NCBI GenBank assembly: GCA_037143135.1
Contig: JBAWZH010000001.1
Coordinates: forward strand, 9,553 to 73,552
Source of the DNA: a bacterium
GTDB taxonomy: Bacteria; Verrucomicrobiota; Kiritimatiellia; CAIKKV01; CAITUY01
Length of the DNA: 64,000 bases
Direction: 5' to 3'
Under the pieces are notes generated by a model. That model did no database searches and was not told the origin of the DNA. It saw nothing but the letters and a program-made list of their open reading frames with translations. The position numbers were made by a program, and so were the translations under genes. Of the stretch, positions 1 through 9,743 are shown in pieces (within the stretch, counting starts at the first letter, position 1; each line of letters opens with the position of its first letter).

Positions 1-1
1 C

Positions 2-1984
2 GAAAAAGGGATTGCCGAAAAACTTGATGAACAGCTGAACCTTCTTGCAAGATTTGACCGCCCTATTCCAGATCGTCTCGAAGAACGTGCCCACGCACTG
101 ATTGATGCCCATCATCTTGCACAAGAGAGGCGTCGCAAAAGATGGATGGTTACAGCTGCTGTCGGCATCGTTCTAATTGCGAGCGCAGTAGCATTCGTGT
201 TTATTCGGCACAGTCATAAAGAGATAAAAGCCCAACTGTTGAATAATTTGGCGAATGCATACAAGGTTGAGGACGTAGAACGCTTCAACATGTTGTTATC
301 CCGTACAGAACGAGACCAGTCATGGCTCATGCGAGACCCGGATGTTAGACTATGGGCACAGAAGAGTGCGCACTTAGCAGGTCTTTTAGCCAAGAAACAA
401 AGTTCATTCCTGCAGTCACTCTCACGGTTGGAGTCAATTCGAGATGGCGGGTTCAAGCAGGGATTAGACGGCATTGAAGATCTCATCACAGTTGCTAAAA
501 ATAATGTGACTCAAGGTGCTGACCGTGGACGTTTAGCAGTAATTCTTCAAGAGTGGGAGTCGCATAAGCTTGCAAATCAGGCTGAAATAGATCGTCAGGC
601 AGCAGCGTCTATTGACGAGATTACGTACTCCCTTGAAAAAATAGCAAGTCTCTGTGTTACCAATTGGGCGTCTGCTAAATCTGAACTGGCTGAGTTGCGG
701 TTCAAAGCCAAAGCGGTTGAAAATAAGATTGAAAGTGCATCTCCTGAACCGAAAGCAAGGATGGCATCGCAGATCAGCAGAATTGACGCGATCTGCAAGG
801 AAATAGAATGCAAGGAGCGGCAGCTTCAAGTAATTCGTGAAGCTTCAACATTGCGCGACTATTTGAATGGTGTTCAGACTTATGTTCGAGCTTTTCCAAA
901 TGATAAGAGCAGCAACTTGATGAAAGATGTTTTACGGGAACAGAGTGACTATCTATCATTCATTGAACCATCATTTAACTGCAATTCAAGCAATCCCTTC
1001 TGGTATTCCCTTTCTAAAGATCGTGCAGCGATAACCCAACTTACAACAGAGAAATGGCCAGAGGTTAAAACCCTTTTGATGGGCTTGAATCAAGAAACGA
1101 GATTAATGGAGCTCTGGGAATGCGACACGACCAAAGGGAAAGTATTCTTCGAAGGGAAGCCGAAGGAAGTCTACCTTAAAGGTTTCAGGGAATATGAGGG
1201 CTCTGCTTATACACCAGGTGAGTCCGACATTCAGCCTGAATTTAAATCTACTACAGTTGACGGGAATACCATTAAGTCAGCGCGAATTATGTCGCATTGT
1301 GACTTTGTAAAAGGAGTCATTAGCATGGCTAGGTTCTCGACGGCGAGCACAGCGCCAGACGATTTGATGAATAAAATGCAAGAACTTTATGAAACTAATG
1401 GGATATCACCCCTTTTGAAGATTCGCTTGATGGGTATACTTTTCGATAGCTTAACAACGTTGATCGGTCAAGATCAGATCCCCGGAGGCAGGTCACTAAC
1501 ACGTGATTTGAAATCTATTGATTCGGATCTCCATTGGTTGTGTATTCGGAATAGAGACGTATTGATTGCCAACAAAAAGGCAGAGACCATCATGCGGCCA
1601 TACTTTGATGGCGGATCTCTGTTCCGGCGAAACCGTTTTAATAACGATGTTCGAAACCTATGCCTGCAAAGGAGCATTAGGTGGCTCGGATATGCTGATT
1701 TGGAAGATTCTTCCAAGGTAATTTGGAAAACACAGTCTAAACCTGTAGAAATCTGGATCGTGAGATCATCAGGCAGTAATGGATTGCAGGTTATACTAGC
1801 CGCAGAACGAAAGGGCGAAGTTATGACTCAATATGTGCCGTACATTTGTGGAGAACCACTTTTTGCGCCGGCTGATGACATTGCAACACGAGTTCATATG
1901 ACTAAACTAAAAACCAAATATAACCTCACAGAAACTAAGACTTTAAAATGGCCATTGGTGTGGCCGGCAAATTTCCGGCAATGA
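2..1984 (+). CDS. Hypothetical membrane protein, 5'-partial (the reading frame is open to the window edge; the listed Met at 146 is internal)
   Basis: Frame 2 is open from position 2 (EKGIAEKLDEQLNLL...) through the ORF. One hydrophobic TM segment (VTAAVGIVLIASAVAFVFI) sits just after the internal Met. No recognisable catalytic motif. Confidence 0.45.
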   Translation, partial: EKGIAEKLDEQLNLLARFDRPIPDRLEERAHALIDAHHLAQERRRKRWMVTAAVGIVLIASAVAFVFIRHSHKEIKAQLLNNLANAYKVEDVERFNMLLSRTERDQSWLMRDPDVRLWAQKSAHLAGLLAKKQSSFLQSLSRLESIRDGGFKQGLDGIEDLITVAKNNVTQGADRGRLAVILQEWESHKLANQAEIDRQAAASIDEITYSLEKIASLCVTNWASAKSELAELRFKAKAVENKIESASPEPKARMASQISRIDAICKEIECKERQLQVIREASTLRDYLNGVQTYVRAFPNDKSSNLMKDVLREQSDYLSFIEPSFNCNSSNPFWYSLSKDRAAITQLTTEKWPEVKTLLMGLNQETRLMELWECDTTKGKVFFEGKPKEVYLKGFREYEGSAYTPGESDIQPEFKSTTVDGNTIKSARIMSHCDFVKGVISMARFSTASTAPDDLMNKMQELYETNGISPLLKIRLMGILFDSLTTLIGQDQIPGGRSLTRDLKSIDSDLHWLCIRNRDVLIANKKAETIMRPYFDGGSLFRRNRFNNDVRNLCLQRSIRWLGYADLEDSSKVIWKTQSKPVEIWIVRSSGSNGLQVILAAERKGEVMTQYVPYICGEPLFAPADDIATRVHMTKLKTKYNLTETKTLKWPLVWPANFRQ

Positions 1985-3180
1985 ATGATCGAGATTCAAT
2001 TGATACGCGGAACCACGGACTGATACATGTGAGGTGGCGTGGAGTTGTAACCGGGCCTTATCTTGAGCAGACAATTCTTCAAATGCTGCGCGACAATAGC
2101 ATCACAAAGCACCACGAAATATCGAGAGACAGTGTTCGTTGGAGTTCGATCGCTCGAAGTGACTTATTGTCGAAGGCGTTTAATCAAAGCAGTAATGCAA
2201 ATTCTCAGGCCAAAGGTATTGTTGTGAATCACTCGGCAACAAAATCAATGCACAATGCGATATCCTTACAGGATCGGCGAAGCGAGCACGGGACGGGTAT
2301 TGCGCCAAACCGTGAATGCGGCAATCAGGATCCCCTCGATATCAGCGTCTCATCTCATCCCCTAGCCATGGTTTTGTTTGAAATTAAATCCGTTCCCTGG
2401 ATTCTTGCATTTGGCCTGTCCCCGCTGTTGATTCTGTTTCTGCAATCACTTCTAGGGTTATACTTTGCTCAAATCGCATGGCTTTTTAGTGCATACTTTT
2501 GCGCTTTATGGGCCTATATAGTCGGGAGACTCGCAGATCGGAATACTGAGACATGGAAAACAGGCATTTTATATGCCGTATTTACTGCCTTTATTGGAAT
2601 CGCAATGTTGCTTATTTGGCGATTCATACCGGTTATCGGGTCACTTTATGGCGCTATTGAAAGCGCGAATCCTATTAAGCGTCTGTTGGGTTTTGTTTTT
2701 GGTGTCGGCATTTGTGAGGAACTATGCAAGGCAGCCCCTTTGCTGATATTTGGGCTACGTTCCAAAATACTGCAATCTCCAGTTGATGGGCTTTTCTTAG
2801 GTATGATGTCAGGATTGGGTTTCGCCATGAACGAAGGCGTTGGATATACGATACAATACTGGTCAGCCGCGTCTGATCTGGGAGCCACATCTTTTGAACA
2901 ATACGGACAGATATTAGTTGTTCAATTGGTTCGATTCATGTCTCTTCCTCTATTGCATGCTGCTTGGGCAGGATTAGTCGGCTATGGTATAGCTTATGCG
3001 TTTCTCAATGCCCGTTGGGAGTTTGTCTTCCTTAGCATTGGTGCTGCGGCAATATTACATGGTTTCTACAACTTTGCGTCTCCGACAGTGTATTCACTTT
3101 TGATTGCAGGGTTATCGATGTCATTGACTCTGAGTTTACTTGTCAGAGAAACTCAATCCCACAGGAGGTGTTTTTCGTGA
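1981..3180 (+). CDS. DUF4339 (GYF-like) domain fused to a PrsW-like multi-pass intramembrane protease
   Basis: The N-terminus IHVRWRGVVTGPYLEQTILQMLRDNSITKHHEISRDSVRWSSIA matches the DUF4339/GYF_2 pattern. The C-terminal half is polytopic and carries the PrsW-family signatures EELCK and HAAWAGLVGYG...ILHGFYNF. The ATG at 1981 overlaps the upstream stop (ATGA); the tool start at 1948 is less likely. Confidence 0.55.
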   Translation: MNDRDSIDTRNHGLIHVRWRGVVTGPYLEQTILQMLRDNSITKHHEISRDSVRWSSIARSDLLSKAFNQSSNANSQAKGIVVNHSATKSMHNAISLQDRRSEHGTGIAPNRECGNQDPLDISVSSHPLAMVLFEIKSVPWILAFGLSPLLILFLQSLLGLYFAQIAWLFSAYFCALWAYIVGRLADRNTETWKTGILYAVFTAFIGIAMLLIWRFIPVIGSLYGAIESANPIKRLLGFVFGVGICEELCKAAPLLIFGLRSKILQSPVDGLFLGMMSGLGFAMNEGVGYTIQYWSAASDLGATSFEQYGQILVVQLVRFMSLPLLHAAWAGLVGYGIAYAFLNARWEFVFLSIGAAAILHGFYNFASPTVYSLLIAGLSMSLTLSLLVRETQSHRRCFS

Positions 3181-4139
3181 GTGACACATATTATCTTCGT
3201 TGGAAATCCCAAGTCACTGGTCCTTACCAAGATGAGGACATAAGGACAATGCTTGAAGAAGCAAGGATTACAAAACACCATCAAGTCTCGACAGATCAAA
3301 CAACATGGATCTCCCTAATAGAATCAGAGGCTTTTCGAAACAATTGCCGTGTTACGCTTGCTCCTAACGTAATCCAAGGTGCCGCTCAGGTAATTAGCGC
3401 GACACCAGTACGCAATCCTGATTGGGAATCGAACACGGGCCGTCTTCGTGTTAAAACGGCTGAAGACATTGCCGATGAATCGATGTGGTATTATGTTGAT
3501 GGCAGTTCTTCAGCGGGACCCGTAAGTGGTGCTGAGTTACAACGACTTGCTGATGAAGGTGTAATAGCAGGTCAAAGTCCAATTTGCCGAGAAGGCGAGG
3601 AGCGCTGGGTCAAGGCAATAACTGTATTCCCCAGTTACTGGTCTGATCAGCCGCGCTCTGTAGATCGAAGTGGTCAAGGGTCTTTGGCTGAGTCTTCTGA
3701 TTTTAGATATGCAGGCTTTTGGATTCGTTTTTGTGCATTATTCATAGACTCAATAATTGTCGGTATTTTTGCGGTTATTACAGAATTTGTCGTTTGTTTT
3801 GCGCTGGGGCTTTCGCTCGGTGCCGCTGGCGCCAATATTGCCTCGATCACATCAAAAGCTGCCCTTCTAGCCATGGCCGTAGGTGCTACAGTCAATTGGC
3901 TCTACTATGCTGCTGGTGAATCTTCTATGGCTCAGGCTACTCTAGGAAAACGCGCTATGGGGATAATTGTCACCGATATGAACGGAAAACGAATCACGTT
4001 CGGACATGCCACTGGGCGATACATAGGGAAGTTTATCTCTAGTATTTTATTGTGCGTTGGGTATCTGATGGTGGCCTTTACTGAAAAGAAACAAGGATTG
4101 CATGACATTATGGCAGGCACATTAGTGCTTCGGAAATAG
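3177..4139 (+). CDS. Two tandem DUF4339 (GYF-like) domains fused to an RDD-family membrane domain
   Basis: Two copies of the GYF_2 pattern: YYLRWKSQVTGPYQDEDIRTMLEE...TTWISL and WYYVDGSSSAGPVSGAELQRLADEGVIAGQSPICREGEERWVKA. The C-terminus RYAGFWIRFCALFIDSIIVGI... is RDD-like with 3 TM segments. A GTG at 3177 lies 8 nt after AGGAGG (3163-3168). Confidence 0.55.
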   Translation: MSDTYYLRWKSQVTGPYQDEDIRTMLEEARITKHHQVSTDQTTWISLIESEAFRNNCRVTLAPNVIQGAAQVISATPVRNPDWESNTGRLRVKTAEDIADESMWYYVDGSSSAGPVSGAELQRLADEGVIAGQSPICREGEERWVKAITVFPSYWSDQPRSVDRSGQGSLAESSDFRYAGFWIRFCALFIDSIIVGIFAVITEFVVCFALGLSLGAAGANIASITSKAALLAMAVGATVNWLYYAAGESSMAQATLGKRAMGIIVTDMNGKRITFGHATGRYIGKFISSILLCVGYLMVAFTEKKQGLHDIMAGTLVLRK

Positions 4140-4174
4140 GGTGCCTTTTTGAGCAATAAGAAAGGGAATGAACG

Positions 4175-5053
4175 ATGACGGAGACAAACCACGAGAAACT
4201 TATTCGCATTCTCGATTGGCGAAAAGAAGATATTGAGCAAAGGATGGGCTTCAAGGGGGGCAAATACACTGATGTTAATAATTTTCTGGCCTTTGGAATA
4301 GCCGCGCTTGTGACGATATTGTTTTATGGTGCGTTGATCGGAACCGGGGAGACTTTGCGTCGGGCGAGTTTCAGCCAAACCTTTTTAGACCGGGGGCCTA
4401 CCCCATACTTCATAATGTTCTTCACCTTTTGGTCACTGAGTACTTTAGCGCTCAAATGGCGAAAACTATTATTTCAGAAAAAAGCCCTTGATCTGGAAAT
4501 TGTACCTCACTCTCACGACTTCTCCCTAGCTCCTGCAACTGCGAGAGATGTTCTAGATCGTATGTACGGGCTTGTCGATGATCCCAAACATTTTGTCCTT
4601 TTCAATAGGATTGAACGCGCATTATTGAACTTGCACAACATAGGGATGATATCTGACGTATCTGAAATGCTTCGATCCCAGGCGCAAAATGATGAGGATC
4701 AGATGGAGTCGAGTTATGGTCTTATACGAGGCTTCATCTGGGGTGTCCCGATTCTCGGATTCATAGGCACAGTGCTCGGATTATCCATTGCCATTGGAAA
4801 GTTTGGAGCCGTACTGAGTGCTGGTGATGCCGTATTACAATTAAAGACATCCCTCACAGAAGTGACTTCCGGGCTTTCTGTTGCCTTCGACTGCACATTT
4901 CTGGCCCTTGTCTCGGCATTTGTGATGCAACTCATATTGACAGCCCTCAAGAAACAAGAGGAAGCCTTCTTTGATGATTGTAAGGACTATTGCCACCGGC
5001 ACATTATCAGCAAATTGCGGCTTAGTCACTTGCAGGGCGAGACTCAAGGGTAA
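4175..5053 (+). CDS. MotA/TolQ/ExbB-family proton-channel protein
   Basis: The C-terminal region GFIWGVPILGFIGTVLGLSIAIGKF...SLTEVTSGLSVAFDCTFLALVSAFVMQLI is typical of the MotA_ExbB channel domain. Three TM helices. 292 aa. Confidence 0.6.
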   Translation: MTETNHEKLIRILDWRKEDIEQRMGFKGGKYTDVNNFLAFGIAALVTILFYGALIGTGETLRRASFSQTFLDRGPTPYFIMFFTFWSLSTLALKWRKLLFQKKALDLEIVPHSHDFSLAPATARDVLDRMYGLVDDPKHFVLFNRIERALLNLHNIGMISDVSEMLRSQAQNDEDQMESSYGLIRGFIWGVPILGFIGTVLGLSIAIGKFGAVLSAGDAVLQLKTSLTEVTSGLSVAFDCTFLALVSAFVMQLILTALKKQEEAFFDDCKDYCHRHIISKLRLSHLQGETQG

Positions 5054-5071
5054 TATTAGTCAGGTCAATTC

Positions 5072-5866
5072 ATGAGTCGAAGAAACAGAGAAGATAAAAC
5101 TCCCCCAATTTCGCTATTTGCATTTCAAGACGTCATTTCCACTCTTTCTGGAATATTTATCTTTATTGTTTTGATAATGGCCGTTGATCTTTCGATGCTC
5201 AAGCCTGTTGGGGCGGATGGCGACTCGATCAACGATAAAGCGGTCATAGATCAACTCAGGACCTCCGTCCAGGCACTCAAGCAGCGTATTGTTGCTTTGA
5301 AAAGCGCTATGACCACTTTGAGTTCGCAGGACTCTGTAAATATTGCCGAGAAATGTACTCAGACCGAAAACGAAAATGAACTATTGCTTCGCCGGCATCA
5401 ACAACTCGTTGACGCGAATGTGTTGCTCGAAAAGCGACTGAGTGATGTTAAGCACAAACAGCGTGAGTCTGAGGTTAGGATAAATCCGTTGAACCATGAA
5501 ATTCAACGTTTACAGGCTGCGCTTGCAAAGGCGGCAAAAGAGAAGCAACTCTTTTTCATCCCAGAACCCGGTATAACAAAAACACCCCTTATCGTTGAAT
5601 GTTCAAAGGATAAAATTCGCGCAGGCTTTATTGCGCGTGACGCTGAGCCTGTCGTTTTTGAAATTTCTAACCATGGTTATGAAGCTTTCGAGAAATATAT
5701 TGGGCATCTGTCAATTACCAGTGAATATCTTGTATTTATGATAAAACCTTCAGGCAGTATTCATCGCTCGCGCCTATATTCTATCGCAAAATCTGCCGGC
5801 TTTGACTTGGGATTCGATGCCCTCGAGGAGTCGAAAGCGATTAACTTTGGGAAGGCCACACAGTGA
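5072..5866 (+). CDS. ExbD/TolR-like bitopic protein with an extended coiled-coil periplasmic region
   Basis: The N-terminal ISLFAFQDVISTLSGIFIFIVLIMAV resembles the ExbD/TolR TM signature. Heptad-rich region at residues ~60-160. At 264 aa it is longer than canonical ExbD. Confidence 0.4.
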   Translation: MSRRNREDKTPPISLFAFQDVISTLSGIFIFIVLIMAVDLSMLKPVGADGDSINDKAVIDQLRTSVQALKQRIVALKSAMTTLSSQDSVNIAEKCTQTENENELLLRRHQQLVDANVLLEKRLSDVKHKQRESEVRINPLNHEIQRLQAALAKAAKEKQLFFIPEPGITKTPLIVECSKDKIRAGFIARDAEPVVFEISNHGYEAFEKYIGHLSITSEYLVFMIKPSGSIHRSRLYSIAKSAGFDLGFDALEESKAINFGKATQ

Positions 5867-6768
5867 GGCAACGCGCTGAAAGTGATACAAGCAGTTTTTA
5901 CCTGCTGCTTGACATGATGTGCAACGCATTTGGTGGCATAGTATTCATAGGCTTGCTAATTGCTATCCTGTCTAGCTCCATGAGTCGTCAGGATGCAGAA
6001 AAAAAGAGTAACAGCAGTCGAAACCTCGACAAGGTTGAACAGAAATTAGAGGCTGAACGCCTTGCTAGAGAGCAACAAGAACTTACAGCAGCTCAGAGAC
6101 ATTTGGAAGAAACGTTAAGAAAGATTAAGGGGCCATCTGGGGCAAGTCCAGCAACTGATCTTGCTTCTTTGATCTGTAGCAATGGATTATTACAATCTGC
6201 CTGTGATGCTCTTGCCGCTTCTAACTCATTGATATCTGTTTCAATTTTCGACTCCGAAACATCGATTGAGTTAAATTCAACATCAGCAGCCGACGTTGAA
6301 AAGCAAATCACCCGACTTCGTGCGGATCTTTTACAAAAGCAGGAGGCGTCCAAGGAGACGTTGAGATTACCGCGAGAACATCCTGTTACAGGCAAAAACG
6401 CCGCGTTTATCGGAATTAAGGATGGAAAGTTATATGCGATAAGTAATGTGTCAGGATCTCGTCCGCGTAACTACGACCGTGAGGATGTTGATGTCGAAAG
6501 TGGCCCAGGACGGGACGTGGTCGAGTTACGTAAAAACAGAGGGCAGTTCATTAAGCGGGGTTGCGAAGATGAGGGTAAGTTCGCACAGGCGCTCGCAAGT
6601 TTGAATAGTCATTACGAATTTGTGTCATTTGCAGTGTCTACTAATTCATTTGCTGAGTTTAATTATGTGAAAGCTATTTTTGTCGGGCATGGATTCTTAT
6701 ACAACTGGGTCGTCACAGAGGGAGCCATTGAAATTGTGGTTCAGGATGAACCACTCCGTGTTCAGTGA
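5863..6768 (+). CDS. Second ExbD/TolR-like bitopic coiled-coil protein
   Basis: N-terminal FYLLLDMMCNAFGGIVFIGLLIAIL (ExbD-like TM) followed by a coiled coil. 4-bp overlap (ATGA) with the upstream gene. Confidence 0.4.
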   Translation: MRQRAESDTSSFYLLLDMMCNAFGGIVFIGLLIAILSSSMSRQDAEKKSNSSRNLDKVEQKLEAERLAREQQELTAAQRHLEETLRKIKGPSGASPATDLASLICSNGLLQSACDALAASNSLISVSIFDSETSIELNSTSAADVEKQITRLRADLLQKQEASKETLRLPREHPVTGKNAAFIGIKDGKLYAISNVSGSRPRNYDREDVDVESGPGRDVVELRKNRGQFIKRGCEDEGKFAQALASLNSHYEFVSFAVSTNSFAEFNYVKAIFVGHGFLYNWVVTEGAIEIVVQDEPLRVQ

Positions 6769-6769
6769 G

Positions 6770-7903
6770 TTATTGATGGAAAGAGCGGGCGATCAACATC
6801 ATTAGGCGTAATTCCTCTTCGGTATAAGCGGCAAGTCGAATAAAAGAATTCGCGTTTTCGGTAAACGATTTCACGCGATCCGCCATAATACCTCTAATGA
6901 CTTGCTCATTTGACATACTTCGATCCCAAGCGCGCGCGGATCCCTCGAGAATTGCACAAAGTGATGCGTGTATAGATTCATTCTTGCGGACAATGTGTAG
7001 ATTGCTCTCCATAGTGATGTTCAGTGTGTGTTCGAGTTGATCCCAAGGTTGGGAATGACCCGTGGATCGTGTGCCTTTGCGCCCTATTAGCATAAATGCA
7101 CGTCCAGTCACATAAGCAGCATCACATGCGCCCTCAACATTGGATGGGCGAATGGCGGATAACTTATCAGCAAGGGAGGGAGATGCTGACATTTCACTTT
7201 CTGTCTGGGACGCGACTACAACCGTTACGTCTGCAAGGAGTCGACTGTAACTGGCTATTGCAGATGAATAGTACGGTGCATCTTCTTGTGCGTATATAAG
7301 TTCCATTTGTTTCTGTATTTTATTAGCCAGATTTGTTGAGTCGGCCACATTGGCGCTCTTCAAAAGAATTACCTGTACCTTTATGGATTGTTTGATTGCG
7401 TTCATAATGCGCTGATAAACACTAGTATCGGGCATCTCTAGATATGCGTTATGATCGTGCTCAATTCGCGTCAACTCTTCGATTCGTTCGCTATTGTCCA
7501 GATCTGATGTGTTTGAGGTGACCTTTCTTACTGCTGAGGCATTATCCATAGGTGTACGAACAGTTGAATTTGTGATGGATTCTACTCCATTAGGGAATTG
7601 ACTCGTCTCTGGGGAAACATTCTCAGGGTGCACTTCGGTCGATGTTTTGCCACTGGATGTGTTTGTTAGATTGGGGCTTGTATCTTTACTTGGATCGCTT
7701 GGTTCTTGCTTCCCTCCTGTGTAGTATTTGACACCTGTAAAGACAGCAAATAGAAGCCCTATAACGGTGATGATGATGATGCTGATGAGAAATAGGTTTG
7801 GAGCCGAGCTATTGCGATCCGGCTTCTTTGTGCTAAGCAGTTCTCTGGGAATACGTGGTGGCCTGGGTGGTGTCAGAGATTGGGTATATTTCTTGTCACT
7901 CAT
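6770..7903 (-). CDS. Hypothetical membrane-anchored protein with a Pro/Arg-rich N-terminus and a Ser/Thr-rich linker
   Basis: Single TM segment (LFLISIIIITVIGLLFAVF), followed by a low-complexity S/T/N-rich stretch and a ~200-aa globular C-terminal domain of unknown family. Confidence 0.4.
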   Translation of the reverse strand: MSDKKYTQSLTPPRPPRIPRELLSTKKPDRNSSAPNLFLISIIIITVIGLLFAVFTGVKYYTGGKQEPSDPSKDTSPNLTNTSSGKTSTEVHPENVSPETSQFPNGVESITNSTVRTPMDNASAVRKVTSNTSDLDNSERIEELTRIEHDHNAYLEMPDTSVYQRIMNAIKQSIKVQVILLKSANVADSTNLANKIQKQMELIYAQEDAPYYSSAIASYSRLLADVTVVVASQTESEMSASPSLADKLSAIRPSNVEGACDAAYVTGRAFMLIGRKGTRSTGHSQPWDQLEHTLNITMESNLHIVRKNESIHASLCAILEGSARAWDRSMSNEQVIRGIMADRVKSFTENANSFIRLAAYTEEELRLMMLIARSFHQ

Positions 7904-7966
7904 TCGAAACCTTTTGCCATCAAATTGTTGACGATCAGAAAATCGCGACCGTAGTGGGGTGGTGTC

Positions 7967-8506
7967 TCACTTTCGGATTGTCGACTTCTTCCCTTGATTT
8001 GGTTGCATCCTTGAGTTTCCCGTAAGTTTGCTCTCGCCGATTATTGGATAGAGAAATGCGGACACTTGAGCGGTTGTAGCAGTAGATGCGATGCCCGATG
8101 CTCGAATCGAAACTGGGGGTTGACCAGGCCTATCAACTGTGTAGTTCCCGCCGCTGGATTGCCGGACATAGATAGGCAGTTTCCCTGGCGTGTTGATAGT
8201 GGCACCACCACCAGATGACGGTCTAATGGTGACTGGTAGCTGCCCAGGCATCGACACCGTCGAGCCCCCTCCCGATACTGGCCTCACGTAGGTCGGCAAT
8301 TGCCCTGGGGTGCTGATTATTGCGCCTCCACCTTGATTAGGCCTTACAGAGATGGGTAGCTCACCCGGCCTATTGATCGTTACTCCACCTCCCTGTGCAG
8401 TCCTCACATAGGTCGGAAGCTTGCCGGGTTCTTGAATAATGTAGGATTGAGCTTCTACTGATAATGCGCAGACGAGAAGTGCCAGAATGAAAACTATATT
8501 TTTCAC
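7967..8506 (-). CDS. Secreted tandem-repeat protein
   Basis: Signal peptide MKNIVFILALLVCALSVEA, then seven ~20-aa repeats of the form PGxLP(T/I)YVRxxxGGGxTI(N/S)x. Confidence 0.5.
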   Translation of the reverse strand: MKNIVFILALLVCALSVEAQSYIIQEPGKLPTYVRTAQGGGVTINRPGELPISVRPNQGGGAIISTPGQLPTYVRPVSGGGSTVSMPGQLPVTIRPSSGGGATINTPGKLPIYVRQSSGGNYTVDRPGQPPVSIRASGIASTATTAQVSAFLYPIIGESKLTGNSRMQPNQGKKSTIRK

Positions 8507-8555
8507 AGGGAGGGAGCATCCTTCCGATTTAGGATTATGGATGATATTGACCCAG

Positions 8556-9095
8556 TTAGCTATTCAAATTCAGGCACACGGGGCAAGCACGGGGCAGATC
8601 CAGATCCTTAAACTGTTTGAAAACAATTCGAATGGATGCCTTGCTTTGTGGTGTGCGTTCCCTGTCGATCAAGGGATCTTGTTGCATTCGCCAGATTGAC
8701 TCATAACGCAGACTACCAAACCGAATTTCAAATGTTATGTCGGTGACGAAATGTAAACCGTTTGCGACATTCTCTAGCAATTGCTCGAGTCTATGTTTTT
8801 CTTTTGAGTTGGCGGTGGTGACTTTTCGCAACAGTTCCATGGCCTCTTGTTTTGCGATGTCATCTGCTACCATGTGTGAATTGTGACACAGCGCGGACAA
8901 TGGCGTTTCAGGAAGATCAACCTGTCCGCCACGACAACACATGACAAGATATGGCATCAAATCAGGGTTACTGTCTGCAATCGGTTGGAATAACCGTGAA
9001 GCTGTACGAATGGCGAGAGCCAATTCGTCCCAACATAAAACGTCCTTTTTCTCTTCTGATACCGGGATGATTTGTCCTGTATTCTCGTCATTCAT
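8556..9095 (-). CDS. Hypothetical protein
   Basis: 179-aa ORF with no recognisable motifs; the C-terminal CPVC may bind metal. Confidence 0.3.
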   Translation of the reverse strand: MNDENTGQIIPVSEEKKDVLCWDELALAIRTASRLFQPIADSNPDLMPYLVMCCRGGQVDLPETPLSALCHNSHMVADDIAKQEAMELLRKVTTANSKEKHRLEQLLENVANGLHFVTDITFEIRFGSLRYESIWRMQQDPLIDRERTPQSKASIRIVFKQFKDLDLPRACPVCLNLNS

Positions 9096-9169
9096 ATGAA
9101 TAGTCTAGGGGCTGCTGGTTCGCACGACCATGGGAGCATCAGGGAACAAACGGGATAATCTGGGATCAT

Positions 9170-9652
9170 TCATCGCGGTCTGTACGTGCGGATAAAATTC
9201 ACCAGATCAGATCCTGTCTTGACGATGACGCGCTTTACCGAGCGTCCAAATGCAATTTGCGCATTCGGAAATACTAGAACCGATACGATCCAGGGTTTCC
9301 TCCTGAATAACTGCTCAGTTATGCTCCGTATCCACCGGATGCCCCGGTTGATCTGTGAAATGGGGTTGGAGGAAAAGCGATGGCGGTTGATTAAAAGATG
9401 TTTTCCGTCCCAGGTAACATTCCCCTCATGCGACTTGGTTTCAATGAGGAATATGATGCCATCGGGACGAACAACTACATGATCCAGATTGCCATAAGGA
9501 TATGGCACATTATTCAGTATGAGGCAACCATCTGAGAGAAGGGGTGTCAGCAACCTGCAGATTTCTTGTTCTGCCACCACCCATCGGGCGTTCTCTGTGC
9601 GACTTTCTCGATCATAAGTGGTTTTGCCACGGACGGTGTCTTTCTGAACCAT
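9170..9652 (-). CDS. NERD-domain (nuclease-related) protein
   Basis: LDHVVVRPDGIIFLIETKSHEGNV matches the NERD core (GEIDHLVIxxxGVFVIExK). Confidence 0.5.
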   Translation of the reverse strand: MVQKDTVRGKTTYDRESRTENARWVVAEQEICRLLTPLLSDGCLILNNVPYPYGNLDHVVVRPDGIIFLIETKSHEGNVTWDGKHLLINRHRFSSNPISQINRGIRWIRSITEQLFRRKPWIVSVLVFPNAQIAFGRSVKRVIVKTGSDLVNFIRTYRPR

Positions 9653-9743
9653 TTCTCATGAAGGAATCATCTACTTATAAAACTTTCGGATAAACAATCA
9701 GCATACCGAAACATTCAAATACTCCCCTTCGCATCCCTACGGG

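Noticed and set aside
214-1716. Short antisense ORFs inside the 612-aa gene (214-489, 533-829, 595-813, 774-959, 1474-1716 minus strand) and similar nested ORFs throughout
   Set aside because: They are entirely embedded in longer ORFs with clear domain content, lack an RBS and have low-complexity translations. Treated as noise.
4175-6768. Zorya (ZorA/ZorB) defence system
   Set aside because: The MotA-like protein lacks the long C-terminal tail of ZorA. Neither partner has a MotB/OmpA-like peptidoglycan-binding domain. There is no ZorC/ZorD/ZorE-like gene.
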